64,000 nucleotides of DNA from a virus. Under the pieces are notes generated by a model. That model made no database searches. It was given only the letters and a program-made list of their open reading frames with translations, and was not told where the DNA came from. The stretch lies in IMG/VR virus record IMGVR_UViG_3300045988_143931, positions 97,064-161,063 of that record. One strand, written 5' to 3'. The translations under genes were made by a program, and so were the position numbers. This document shows, piece by piece, positions 42,597 to 51,617 of the stretch. How positions within the stretch are numbered: position 1 is the stretch's first letter; every line of letters begins with the position of its first letter.

Positions 42597-42614
42597 TTAA
42601 AGACTGTTGGAGAG
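42594..42614. repeat. Right copy of the 21-nt inverted repeat
   Basis: caattaaagactgttggagag. See 37102-37122. Confidence 0.9.
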
Positions 42615-45600
42615 TCTGTTAGCGTTATATCAAAACTTGAAGAAGCTTTAAAAGAAATAGACAATATTGGTACTGTTGGTATGCCTAGAATGGCACAGGT
42701 AAACAGATTGTTAAAAGAAACTTTTGCTGACTGTTCCATTGAAGCTGCAAAAATGGCGATTTCGCAAAGTACATTAAATAAAGAGCAAATAGAATTGATT
42801 TTATCCTCAAAAGGTCTTACAGGTAATATTCTTGAAACCACTACGGCTGAACTTGCCAACGCAACTGCTACTAATGCCGTAGCTGTTGCTGAAGGTACTG
42901 CTACTACTGCCACTGTTGGATTTGGTACGGCTATTAAAGGATTGGGAGCATCGTTAAAATCGCTCGTTGCCGCTCATCCTGTATTACTTGCTATAACGGC
43001 TGCTATAGGTGCAATTTATGCTACCGTAAAAATCGTTGACGCTTGTACGACAAGTTTTGATGAATTAAAAGATAAAATATCCAACTTAAAACAAGATGTT
43101 TCTGATTCTGAATCAACTTTAAAAGATTATAAAACTCAGCTTGATGAAATAAATCAGAAAATAACTGAAATTAACAATCAAGATTCTTTAAGTTTTACAG
43201 ACGAACAAGAGTTAGAAAATCTCAAAAATCAGAAAACTGAGCTGGAAAATATGTATAATATTGAAAAAGCTCGTCATGATTTAAAGCAAAAAGAATTAGA
43301 AGATACTGCTAATAAATATTTTAATAAGAAAATAACACCTTCCTTATCTAAAGAATATAAGGATTATTCGGTTGTAGACGAAGATGGATTTGAAAAAAAA
43401 CTTACAAAGCTTGATATAATGAATCTAGCCAAAGAAAGAATGCTATTAAATCAATCTAGGTTAGATACATTAAATGAAGAATATAATAATAAATCAAACC
43501 CTTCCAATAAAGAAACTAAAGAGTATGAGAAAAAGAAGGCACAACTTGAAAAAACTCGTAATGATGCAAAAAAAACTGCATTGGACATCCAAGAGGAAGC
43601 AAAAGAACAAGTTGAAGGCTTAGATTCAACTTCTGACACCTATAAAAAAGTTACAGAAGCTTCGCAGGAATTATCTGATGCGTTGGCAAGACTGAATAAT
43701 GACTGGGATAGTCTATCTGATAAAGGTAAACGAGAGGATTTATCTTCTAAAATATCAAAAGAAGCTAAAAACTTAAGTTCGGATGATATGAAAAATATTG
43801 ACAATTATCTTTCAACCTTATCTGATGATGATTTAAACATTCTTGCTAATGTGACTTTCGATGAGAATACTACAGTTGAAAGTCTTAAAGAAGTTATTAA
43901 AGCCGCTCAAGAAGAAGCTAACAAAAGTTCGGTAGATTTACCTGTCAAAACATTTGATCCAACTTCTCTTCTTGAGGAATCAGATGATAAGACTAAGACA
44001 GCAACTTTAGCAGACCTTCAGTCAGAAGCAGATTTGTTATCTTCTATTCAGAAAGAAATGTCTGAAACAGGTCGTATCGGTGTCGATTCAATGCAGAAAA
44101 TTATCAAGCAGTATCCAGAAGCAAAAGACGCTTTAGGTCAGTATATGCTTGGTATTATTTCGCAGGAAGAGTTATTTGACCAGTTACAGGGCGTGTATGA
44201 GAATGATAAAAATGCCTATATTTACTCACTTGTTGAGAAGTCTAAGTATGATGGTACATTCTATTCTAACCTTGTAAACACAAATAATGATTTCTTTGCA
44301 GGCTTATCTGAAGCGTATGGCGAAGATTTCAGTAACTATAAAAATCTCGCACAAGCTAAACAGAAGATTGATGACCAGCTTGTTAAATATCTTTCTGGTA
44401 TGTGGGGTAAATTCTATCAGACTACTATAGATACAACAACAGGGTTAATGTCTTTAACTTCAAAAGCTACTTCTATGGATGATGATATGGATTTAGGTTT
44501 ATATTTGTATGATAATGGTGCAGATGAAGAGACAAATGCCATTGCTGAAATGCAGAAAATGGTTGATGATTATAATGCTTTACAGAATATATCATTTGAT
44601 TCTGCTTTTAATGGTATTGATTTATCATGGCAAGGTTTTTCAGGTGACGATTCATCATCTTCCAACGATTCATCCTCTTCACAAACAGAACAAGATGTGG
44701 ACTGGATTGAACGCTTAATCAATAAGATTTCTACAGCATATTCACGTCTAAAGAATGTTGTATCAGATACAACAACTACATGGCTCAATCGTAATAACGC
44801 ATTATCAGATTCTATGAGTACACTTGCAGATGAGATAAATGCACAGTCAGATGCTTACGAATACTATATGAATGCATTTAATTCTTATGGTCTTGATGAC
44901 TATTATAAGAATCAGATTGCAGATGGTTCTATAAGCATTGATGTTATTTATGATGATGACTTGAAGAATGCTATATCTGATTGTCAGGATTTCTATGATA
45001 AAGCACAGGATGCTAAAACTGCTGTTCAGGAACTTAATATTGAATTAAAAGGGCTTGCTAAGAGTAGGTTTGATAATGTAGCTTCTGAATTTGAAAAGAA
45101 GATTTCATATTTCAAAGATTATTCAGACCAGCTTCAGAAGGAAATGGATATTATCACCACTAAGGGTTGGTTCTCTTCTACTTCCATTAACGAAGGTATG
45201 AAAAAGGTTGAACAGGATAATCTTGACAGACTTAAACAGGAAAGAAATGCTTTAATGAATGCCTTAAATTCCGCTGTTGGTTCTGGTAAAATAGAGAAAT
45301 ACAGCGAAGATTGGTATGACATGCAGAGTTCTATTGACTCTGTTACATCTTCTATTCTTGATGCTGAGAAGGCTCTTATTGAGTATGATAACGCTATCAG
45401 GCAGATTAAGTGGGATGCATTTGATAGAACAAGAGATGATATAGAGAATCTTATTAGTGAAACTGAATTTCTTGTTGAATTATTAAAAGATAAAGGTATT
45501 ACTGACGACAATGGCAATACTACTGCTGAAGGTAAAGCTGCACAGGCGTTACTTGTTCAGAAGTATCAATTATATCTAAATCAGGCTCAAAAATATAAAG

Positions 45601-47147
45601 ATGAAATTCTTAAAATTGATGAGGAACTTGTTAACAATCCTTATGATAAGGAATTATTGGATAGAAAACAAGACCTTATTGATAAACAGCAAGAAGCTAT
45701 CAAATCAAGTATTTCTGAAAAAGATGCTATTAAGGATCTGGTCAACGATGGATATAATGATTTATTGAATGCTTTACAAAAAGTTATTGACAAACAAAAA
45801 GAGAGTCTATCTGCCGAGAAGTCACTGCATGATTATCAACGAACAGTTGCTGAACAAACTGCTACTATTGCTCAGTTACAGAAACGATTATTGGCTTTAC
45901 AGGGCGATAATTCTGAAAGTGGTCAATCTCAAAAACAGTCTATAAGTTCAGAGCTTAAAGATGCACAAGACCAGTTAGAAGAAACAGAGTATGAACAGTA
46001 CATTGAAGATCAGACTAAGATGCTCGATGACTTAGCAAGTCAAGCTGAAGAATGGATAAATACTCGTTTAGATAACCTCGATGGTCTTATTCAGCAGATT
46101 ATTGATGATAGTAATACTCATAGCGGAGAAATTAAAGATACTATCACTAATACTGCTAATGAATTTGGTATAAATCTTAGCGATGGTATGAAGAGTATTT
46201 GGGAGACAAATACAAATAATATTAATAATAATATTACTTCTGTATTTAATGATTTCGGAACAAAATTTGATAATACAATGACAACACTTAATAATGTTGT
46301 TAGTGGTATTGAGAGCAAAGTTCAGGAAATGCTTAGTCTTGCTAATGAAGAAGCTGCACAAAGACAAGCTGAGTTAGAAGAACAGAGAAGACAACAAGAA
46401 GCTGCTGAATCTAACTCATCCTCATCAGATGATTACAGTGAACCTGATTATGATTGGGATGATATTGGCGGTGGAGATAGTGATTCTTCTAGTGGTGGAG
46501 ATGGCGTTGATTGGATATACTCTCCTGACTATTTCCCAAAAGATCAATTGAATGTAAATACTAGTATAGTAGACAGGTTGAAAAGTCTTGATTATGATTC
46601 TTCCTTTGGTGCTAGAGCTATGTATTTTGAACAAATGGGACTCGGTAATGACTACACGGGTAGTTATGATGATAATGTCGCAATGCTCGAATGGATGAAA
46701 TCAAGAGGTATCGGAGGATATCGTAAAGGTACTAAATCAGCAACAAAAGGGCTTCATATTTATGGTGAAGATAATCCAGGCTCAGAGGTACTTGTTACTA
46801 AATATGGAGTACTTCGTCAGTTTGATTCAGGTGATACAGTATTTAACAAAGACCAAGTTGAAAAACTTTGGAATCTTTCTAAGGGTATCACTACACCAAA
46901 CATGTATATGGATAACTTAGGTGCTAAGTTGCCTGATATTACCCCAGTTTCAACAAACAAATCAGTTGATATTGGTGGCATTAATGTTAATGTTGATAAG
47001 ATTGTCACAGACAATCCAGAAGACTTTACACGACAGCTTACTAACGAACTGGCAGGAAACTCAAAGATACAGAAAATCCTTGGAGAGATTAATTCTAATC
47101 AGCTCTTAGGTCGAAATTCATTATCCACTCGTAGATATATGAAATAA
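42603..47147 (+). CDS. Tail tape-measure protein, C-terminal half (candidate exon 2), with no start codon or SD of its own
   Basis: Begins TVGESVSVISKLEE. Gly/Ala-rich hydrophobic segments (AVAVAEGTATTATVGFGTAIKGLG, AAHPVLLAITAAIGAIYATV). More than 1000 aa of coiled coil and a globular C-terminus. The first in-frame ATG (42681) has no SD. The tracked 5' extension (42453-42602) is antisense to gene 42132..42542. Confidence 0.75.
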   Translation, partial: TVGESVSVISKLEEALKEIDNIGTVGMPRMAQVNRLLKETFADCSIEAAKMAISQSTLNKEQIELILSSKGLTGNILETTTAELANATATNAVAVAEGTATTATVGFGTAIKGLGASLKSLVAAHPVLLAITAAIGAIYATVKIVDACTTSFDELKDKISNLKQDVSDSESTLKDYKTQLDEINQKITEINNQDSLSFTDEQELENLKNQKTELENMYNIEKARHDLKQKELEDTANKYFNKKITPSLSKEYKDYSVVDEDGFEKKLTKLDIMNLAKERMLLNQSRLDTLNEEYNNKSNPSNKETKEYEKKKAQLEKTRNDAKKTALDIQEEAKEQVEGLDSTSDTYKKVTEASQELSDALARLNNDWDSLSDKGKREDLSSKISKEAKNLSSDDMKNIDNYLSTLSDDDLNILANVTFDENTTVESLKEVIKAAQEEANKSSVDLPVKTFDPTSLLEESDDKTKTATLADLQSEADLLSSIQKEMSETGRIGVDSMQKIIKQYPEAKDALGQYMLGIISQEELFDQLQGVYENDKNAYIYSLVEKSKYDGTFYSNLVNTNNDFFAGLSEAYGEDFSNYKNLAQAKQKIDDQLVKYLSGMWGKFYQTTIDTTTGLMSLTSKATSMDDDMDLGLYLYDNGADEETNAIAEMQKMVDDYNALQNISFDSAFNGIDLSWQGFSGDDSSSSNDSSSSQTEQDVDWIERLINKISTAYSRLKNVVSDTTTTWLNRNNALSDSMSTLADEINAQSDAYEYYMNAFNSYGLDDYYKNQIADGSISIDVIYDDDLKNAISDCQDFYDKAQDAKTAVQELNIELKGLAKSRFDNVASEFEKKISYFKDYSDQLQKEMDIITTKGWFSSTSINEGMKKVEQDNLDRLKQERNALMNALNSAVGSGKIEKYSEDWYDMQSSIDSVTSSILDAEKALIEYDNAIRQIKWDAFDRTRDDIENLISETEFLVELLKDKGITDDNGNTTAEGKAAQALLVQKYQLYLNQAQKYKDEILKIDEELVNNPYDKELLDRKQDLIDKQQEAIKSSISEKDAIKDLVNDGYNDLLNALQKVIDKQKESLSAEKSLHDYQRTVAEQTATIAQLQKRLLALQGDNSESGQSQKQSISSELKDAQDQLEETEYEQYIEDQTKMLDDLASQAEEWINTRLDNLDGLIQQIIDDSNTHSGEIKDTITNTANEFGINLSDGMKSIWETNTNNINNNITSVFNDFGTKFDNTMTTLNNVVSGIESKVQEMLSLANEEAAQRQAELEEQRRQQEAAESNSSSSDDYSEPDYDWDDIGGGDSDSSSGGDGVDWIYSPDYFPKDQLNVNTSIVDRLKSLDYDSSFGARAMYFEQMGLGNDYTGSYDDNVAMLEWMKSRGIGGYRKGTKSATKGLHIYGEDNPGSEVLVTKYGVLRQFDSGDTVFNKDQVEKLWNLSKGITTPNMYMDNLGAKLPDITPVSTNKSVDIGGINVNVDKIVTDNPEDFTRQLTNELAGNSKIQKILGEINSNQLLGRNSLSTRRYMK

Positions 47148-47154
47148 TATTATG

Positions 47155-47189
47155 GACGCATTGGTGTCATAGCCAGTGCGTCTATTTTA
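47155..47189 (+). terminator. Rho-independent terminator after the tape-measure gene
   Basis: 10-bp stem gacgcattgg/ccagtgcgtc followed by TATTTTA. Confidence 0.8.
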
Positions 47190-47203
47190 ATTGGAGGAAT
47201 ATA

Positions 47204-47575
47204 ATGTCAAATAAATTGATTAAAAATAAAAACTCTACAAGTAAAGAACTTGAATATTATAAAAATCACTGTGCCTTACTTGAGAAGGAACTAGAAGAAG
47301 AAAGAAAAAAAAGAACACAACTTGAAATCACTCTTTCATGTGGTTCTGAACCCAGTAATCATGCGGTTTCCGAGCTTAAAAATTTAATAAAATCATATAA
47401 AATTGCAAAAAAGACAGAAGAAAAGCTTTGTAATGAGCTATTGGCTAAAAATAAGAAAATGGATGAAAATTTGGCTGAATTTGATAAAATAAAGCCTTTA
47501 TATATAAAGAAATGTGAAAGAGAATATGATGATATTCTCAAAGAATACACAAAAATGATTAAAATTATTGGTTAA
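47204..47575 (+). CDS. Coiled-coil hypothetical protein
   Basis: 123 aa with SD TGGAGG. Confidence 0.5.
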   Translation: MSNKLIKNKNSTSKELEYYKNHCALLEKELEEERKKRTQLEITLSCGSEPSNHAVSELKNLIKSYKIAKKTEEKLCNELLAKNKKMDENLAEFDKIKPLYIKKCEREYDDILKEYTKMIKIIG

Positions 47576-47603
47576 AAATAATATTCAGAAAGGATGGTGA
47601 ACA

Positions 47604-48977
47604 ATGAAGATACAAAAAGTTCAAGTAACGGGTGCAAAAGGTAGTACCGTTGATTGTGGCTATTTCTCTAATGCTTTATATGATACATACTTACAACTCA
47701 CCACTACTGCTGAAATAGGTAAACAATATAATATACATGGATATATTAAGTCAAATAGATCAGGAACAATCAGATGTCAAGATATGACTGCAAATGTTAC
47801 TACTTCTTGGCAAGAAATTAAAATGATTATAATTCCAACAAGTAATATTTTGGAATTATATTTTTACCCTGGTGAATTTTATTTATATAATTGGAAAATG
47901 GAAGCAGGGACTATATCTTCTGCATGGACTCCTTCCCCACTTGATGTTAAATATGATTTGATTGAAATAGGAACAATTGTAACTCAATTATCTAATAGTA
48001 TATCAAGTAAAGTATGGCAGAATGATATTAATACTGCTACAGGTGTTTTGAATACTAAGATTACAGAAGTTAAACAGAATGCTGATAAAGTCTCATGGTT
48101 AGTTAAGTCAGGATCTTCTGAATCCGATATGGTTCTTACTGATACTACATATACATTAATTTCAAAAAATATTAATCTTAAAGGTAATGCTATTTTTACA
48201 AGTTTTCTTAATGAAGATCAAACTGCGATTAACGGTGGAAAAATTGCAACTAATAGTATTACTGCTTCACAATTATCTACTGATTCTATCAAATCAAGAA
48301 ATTATATTGAAAATACTTCAGGTTCATTTCTAAATCTTGCCGATGGCAGTTTTGACAGTAAATATTTAAAATGGGATTCAACAGGTGTTATTACTGCAAC
48401 AAATGTGAATATAACAAATGGAAAAATTCAAACTTCTGGTACAGCCAAAGGTAATGACGGAATAATATATTTAATGCAAAATATTATTTCAGGAGGTCAA
48501 ATCGTCATAAAAAATTTGACCGATAATAATTCTAAACTAACTATTCAAGGGCATGGAATGTGGTTATGTAATTCATTAGGAAATAATATATTACAAGTAG
48601 GTAGAAGCAAAGAAAACGGTGGTTATATAGAATTATGTAGTGGTAAAGATAATAACGAAGCAGTTATTCAAATGGGAACTAATAGACAAACAACTGACGA
48701 TGGAACTATTGATTATAAAGGATATATTAATATTCCTAATTGTGTATATTTAGGAAGAAATAACTCATTTGATACTCCTAGTTGGTTTAATAATACAGTA
48801 TATGTTAATGATAATTCCAATTTACAAATATGGCATAATAGCAGAAAAAAATATGGAAATCCAGTTACATATATGAATAATCCTATTTCTATTGATTGGG
48901 ATGGAAGTGTATTGAGGATTTATGTAGATAATGTAAATGTAGCTTCGTGGATAACAGCCGAGCAGAGATGGGAGTAA
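47604..48977 (+). CDS. Putative tail fibre / minor structural protein
   Basis: 457 aa with SD AAAGGATGGTG. Ser/Thr/Asn/Gly-rich beta-type sequence, typical of fibres. Confidence 0.45.
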   Translation: MKIQKVQVTGAKGSTVDCGYFSNALYDTYLQLTTTAEIGKQYNIHGYIKSNRSGTIRCQDMTANVTTSWQEIKMIIIPTSNILELYFYPGEFYLYNWKMEAGTISSAWTPSPLDVKYDLIEIGTIVTQLSNSISSKVWQNDINTATGVLNTKITEVKQNADKVSWLVKSGSSESDMVLTDTTYTLISKNINLKGNAIFTSFLNEDQTAINGGKIATNSITASQLSTDSIKSRNYIENTSGSFLNLADGSFDSKYLKWDSTGVITATNVNITNGKIQTSGTAKGNDGIIYLMQNIISGGQIVIKNLTDNNSKLTIQGHGMWLCNSLGNNILQVGRSKENGGYIELCSGKDNNEAVIQMGTNRQTTDDGTIDYKGYINIPNCVYLGRNNSFDTPSWFNNTVYVNDNSNLQIWHNSRKKYGNPVTYMNNPISIDWDGSVLRIYVDNVNVASWITAEQRWE

Positions 48978-48996
48978 AAAATAGAAAGGAGAACTT

Positions 48997-49911
48997 ATGT
49001 ATATAAAATACAATAACAATAATAGAATTTTAATTAAAATAGATAGTTATAAAATTATCAATCCATATATTTTTAGAATATACGGAGATATATCTACTTT
49101 AAAAAATCAAACTGGTTTTTCTATATATTATGAAGGTGATAATGTTCCTACCCAAAAATGTTCTGAATATAAATATATATATGATATAGGCGAAAATTAT
49201 ATAGATTACACAAATCAAAATATTATTTACTATATTTATTATATAACAAATAAGGATAACTATGTCACAGGAACAGAAATAACTGAAAAAAAAGATGACA
49301 ACAGAGTATTATGTATTTCAGGTTCAGGTAAGAAATATGAATATTATAATGATACTAATGTTTATGTAGATGACAATGGTTGTTATAATTTTAAAATCAT
49401 ATCCGATAAAATAGAAAATGTATCTAAAGAAGAAAAGGAAATGATTTTAAAGCAGAAAGAAATTGATAAATTAATTCAAGCTAAAAATGTTAAAATATCT
49501 GAATTAACAGAAACTTGTCAAAATATAATTCTTAACGGCGTTTATTATAATGGAAAACATTATGCATACAATTATTCTGATCAGAATAATATTTCAAACC
49601 TCGTACAGATGGCTAAAACAACAGGTATGGATGTACCTTATCATGCGGATGGAGAACTTTGTCACCTATACTCTCCTGCTGATATTTATGCTATTTATAT
49701 TACAGAGGAAATGAATGTAACTCAAAATACAACATATCTTAATCAGCTTAAGGCTTATGTTAATACACTTAAAGATATTGATAGTGTCAATAATATTGCA
49801 TATGGTCAGGAACTTACGGGTGAATATCTCAAGAATCTTAATAATATTATGGAACATTCGCAGAAAATTATAGAGGTGTTAAATGCAAAAACGTTTAAGA
49901 TTACTCAGTAA
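48997..49911 (+). CDS. Hypothetical structural protein
   Basis: 304 aa with SD AAAGGAG. Confidence 0.45.
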   Translation: MYIKYNNNNRILIKIDSYKIINPYIFRIYGDISTLKNQTGFSIYYEGDNVPTQKCSEYKYIYDIGENYIDYTNQNIIYYIYYITNKDNYVTGTEITEKKDDNRVLCISGSGKKYEYYNDTNVYVDDNGCYNFKIISDKIENVSKEEKEMILKQKEIDKLIQAKNVKISELTETCQNIILNGVYYNGKHYAYNYSDQNNISNLVQMAKTTGMDVPYHADGELCHLYSPADIYAIYITEEMNVTQNTTYLNQLKAYVNTLKDIDSVNNIAYGQELTGEYLKNLNNIMEHSQKIIEVLNAKTFKITQ

Positions 49912-50311
49912 GCATCTATTTTTGTTTTTAGTTGGTGCAAGTCTTTATATTTTTATTGAGGTAATATATAGAGGATTTTCTCATTGGACTATGGGTGTTT
50001 TAGGTGGAATATCATTTATATCTATTGGACTTATTAATGAAATATTGAGTTGGGACACACCAATATGGATTCAATGTCTAATTGGAGGATGTTTAATAAC
50101 ATTCTATGAATTTATCACAGGTGTAATATTGAATCTTTGGTTACATTTGGGCATATGGGATTATTCTCATATGCCTTTTAATATATTAGGTCAAATATGT
50201 TTACCATTTACATTAATTTGGTGTGTATTATCATTAGTGGGAATTATATTAGACGATTATTTAAGATATTGGTTTTTTAATGAAGAAAAACCAAGATATA
50301 AATTATATTAA
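49883..50311 (+). CDS. Four-TM membrane protein
   Basis: 142 aa. Hydrophobic segments LFLFLVGASLYIFIEVI, VLGGISFISIGLI, IQCLIGGCLITFYEFITGVIL and ICLPFTLIWCVLSLVGIIL. Confidence 0.5.
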   Translation: MQKRLRLLSKHLFLFLVGASLYIFIEVIYRGFSHWTMGVLGGISFISIGLINEILSWDTPIWIQCLIGGCLITFYEFITGVILNLWLHLGIWDYSHMPFNILGQICLPFTLIWCVLSLVGIILDDYLRYWFFNEEKPRYKLY

Positions 50312-50319
50312 TCAACAAT

Positions 50320-50592
50320 TTGAATAGTAATGGCATGTTGAGAATAATGTTTTTAAGTCATTATGTTGATTTTTCAAAAACAAATTTCGCAACATTAGTA
50401 TCAGACTGGGATAATAAATTCGGTGATATTTACATGATTATATTTGGTAATAATAATTATACTAAAACCGATTTAATTAACGCCGCAGGAACATGCTTTT
50501 TCATTAAGACATGGCTTACAAACAATGTACCAGTCATTACATTTTCAACTGATTCTAGTGAAGTAAAAATTGCCAAAGTCAATAATTTATGA
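50320..50592 (+). CDS. Hypothetical protein (doubtful, no SD)
   Basis: 90-aa ORF with a TTG start or ATG at 50335. No SD for either. Confidence 0.3.
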   Translation: MNSNGMLRIMFLSHYVDFSKTNFATLVSDWDNKFGDIYMIIFGNNNYTKTDLINAAGTCFFIKTWLTNNVPVITFSTDSSEVKIAKVNNL

Positions 50593-50810
50593 TAATAGAA
50601 ATTTTAAATTTTTATCAAATTGTTGGTAAATAAAACTGCCACCACTATTCTACTTTGTACCATTCCACTAAATTTAATAATCGCAGAATTTTTTCGATAG
50701 TACTAAAAACATCTTCATATATTTGAATACCAATATTGTTGCTTAGTTCACTTACTCACCTATCAAATTCGAATAAAAAAATAATAAAAAAGAAAGGAGG
50801 AATTTTAAAA

Positions 50811-51617
50811 ATGTCTTTAATTGATTTTACATATGCTGATCAAAAATTATCGAACTTTGGTTATATGCCATGTAGTTTCGATTCACCTGATTTATCATCT
50901 ATTTCATTCGGAAGTAATGCTACATTTACAACCATAAGACTTAATTCTTCTTCAAAAAATAAATTACTTTCAACAAAATATGAAGATGTATATACGACAT
51001 CTGAGCCAATCCAAATATGTAAGAAATGTCCTTCTGATAATATATATATTACTCATGAAGAATTTCGATTATTAGAACGATGGCTTAATAGAGGAAAATA
51101 TTTAAAACTTACCCCTAAATATGAATATGAAAATGAAGAGTTATATTTTTATGGATATTTCAATGTACAAGCATTAATATATGGAGGTCGAATTGTAGGT
51201 GCTGAATTGACATTTACAGCTAATTCTCCTTTTGCTTATAAATATGTAACTCAATCTTTTGATTTGACGAACAACAAATTAACATTTTCTTTAAATAGTA
51301 TTTCTGATGATTTTAAACCAATTTATCCTAATATAAATATAACTTTAAAACAAGCTAGTGATTTATCTTTAATGAATATGATTGATAATTCCGTCACTTC
51401 GATCAAAAATTGTTCAGAAAACGAAACAATATCTATCAATGGTGAAAATAAAATCATCACTTCTTCACTCTCTCATACATCTCTTCCTAATGATTTTAAT
51501 TATGAATTTCCAAAAATATACACATCTTATGAAATCGCTACTAATAATTTCTCGGTTTCAGCCCCATGTACAGTAACAATTAGTTACGAACTGCCAAGAA
51601 AGGTAGGTGTATATTAA
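50811..51617 (+). CDS. Putative distal tail protein (Dit-like)
   Basis: ATG at 50811 after AAAGGAGG (tracked from 50736). 268 aa, directly upstream of the large tail-tip protein. Confidence 0.5.
   Translation: MSLIDFTYADQKLSNFGYMPCSFDSPDLSSISFGSNATFTTIRLNSSSKNKLLSTKYEDVYTTSEPIQICKKCPSDNIYITHEEFRLLERWLNRGKYLKLTPKYEYENEELYFYGYFNVQALIYGGRIVGAELTFTANSPFAYKYVTQSFDLTNNKLTFSLNSISDDFKPIYPNINITLKQASDLSLMNMIDNSVTSIKNCSENETISINGENKIITSSLSHTSLPNDFNYEFPKIYTSYEIATNNFSVSAPCTVTISYELPRKVGVY

Larger units (their letters stand above)
37071..42602 (+). mobile_element. 5,532-nt gene-carrying insert splitting the tape-measure gene (candidate giant cargo intron or invertible cassette)
   Basis: TMP-like sequence stops at about 37070 and resumes at 42603 in the same frame. 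The length is 3 x 1844. Long-range helices flank it: 37056-37070 with 37180-37194, and 37102-37122 with 42594-42614. It contains an ORF-free 5' domain and about 12 genes on both strands. Confidence 0.5.

Noticed and set aside
42453-42602. N-terminal 50 codons of the tracked ORF 42453..47147 (MILSNYHQHFCCFRAFNLII...)
   Set aside because: This stretch is antisense to the well-supported minus-strand gene 42132..42542 and to its promoter. It is low-complexity and hydrophobic, has no SD, and is unlike TMP sequence. It is treated as a chance open frame. TMP-like sequence starts near 42603.
37071-42602. Group II intron, retron or DGR explanation for the TMP interruption
   Set aside because: No reverse transcriptase ORF lies in or near the insert. 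There is no GUGYG 5' end, no AY 3' end and no domain V-like 34-nt hairpin.
36800-42900. Split intein joining the two TMP halves
   Set aside because: The C-terminus of the first half lacks an N-intein: there is no Cys/Ser-led ~100-aa block, only 20 residues after the hydrophobic segment. The start of the second half has no C-intein HN-C/S/T signature.
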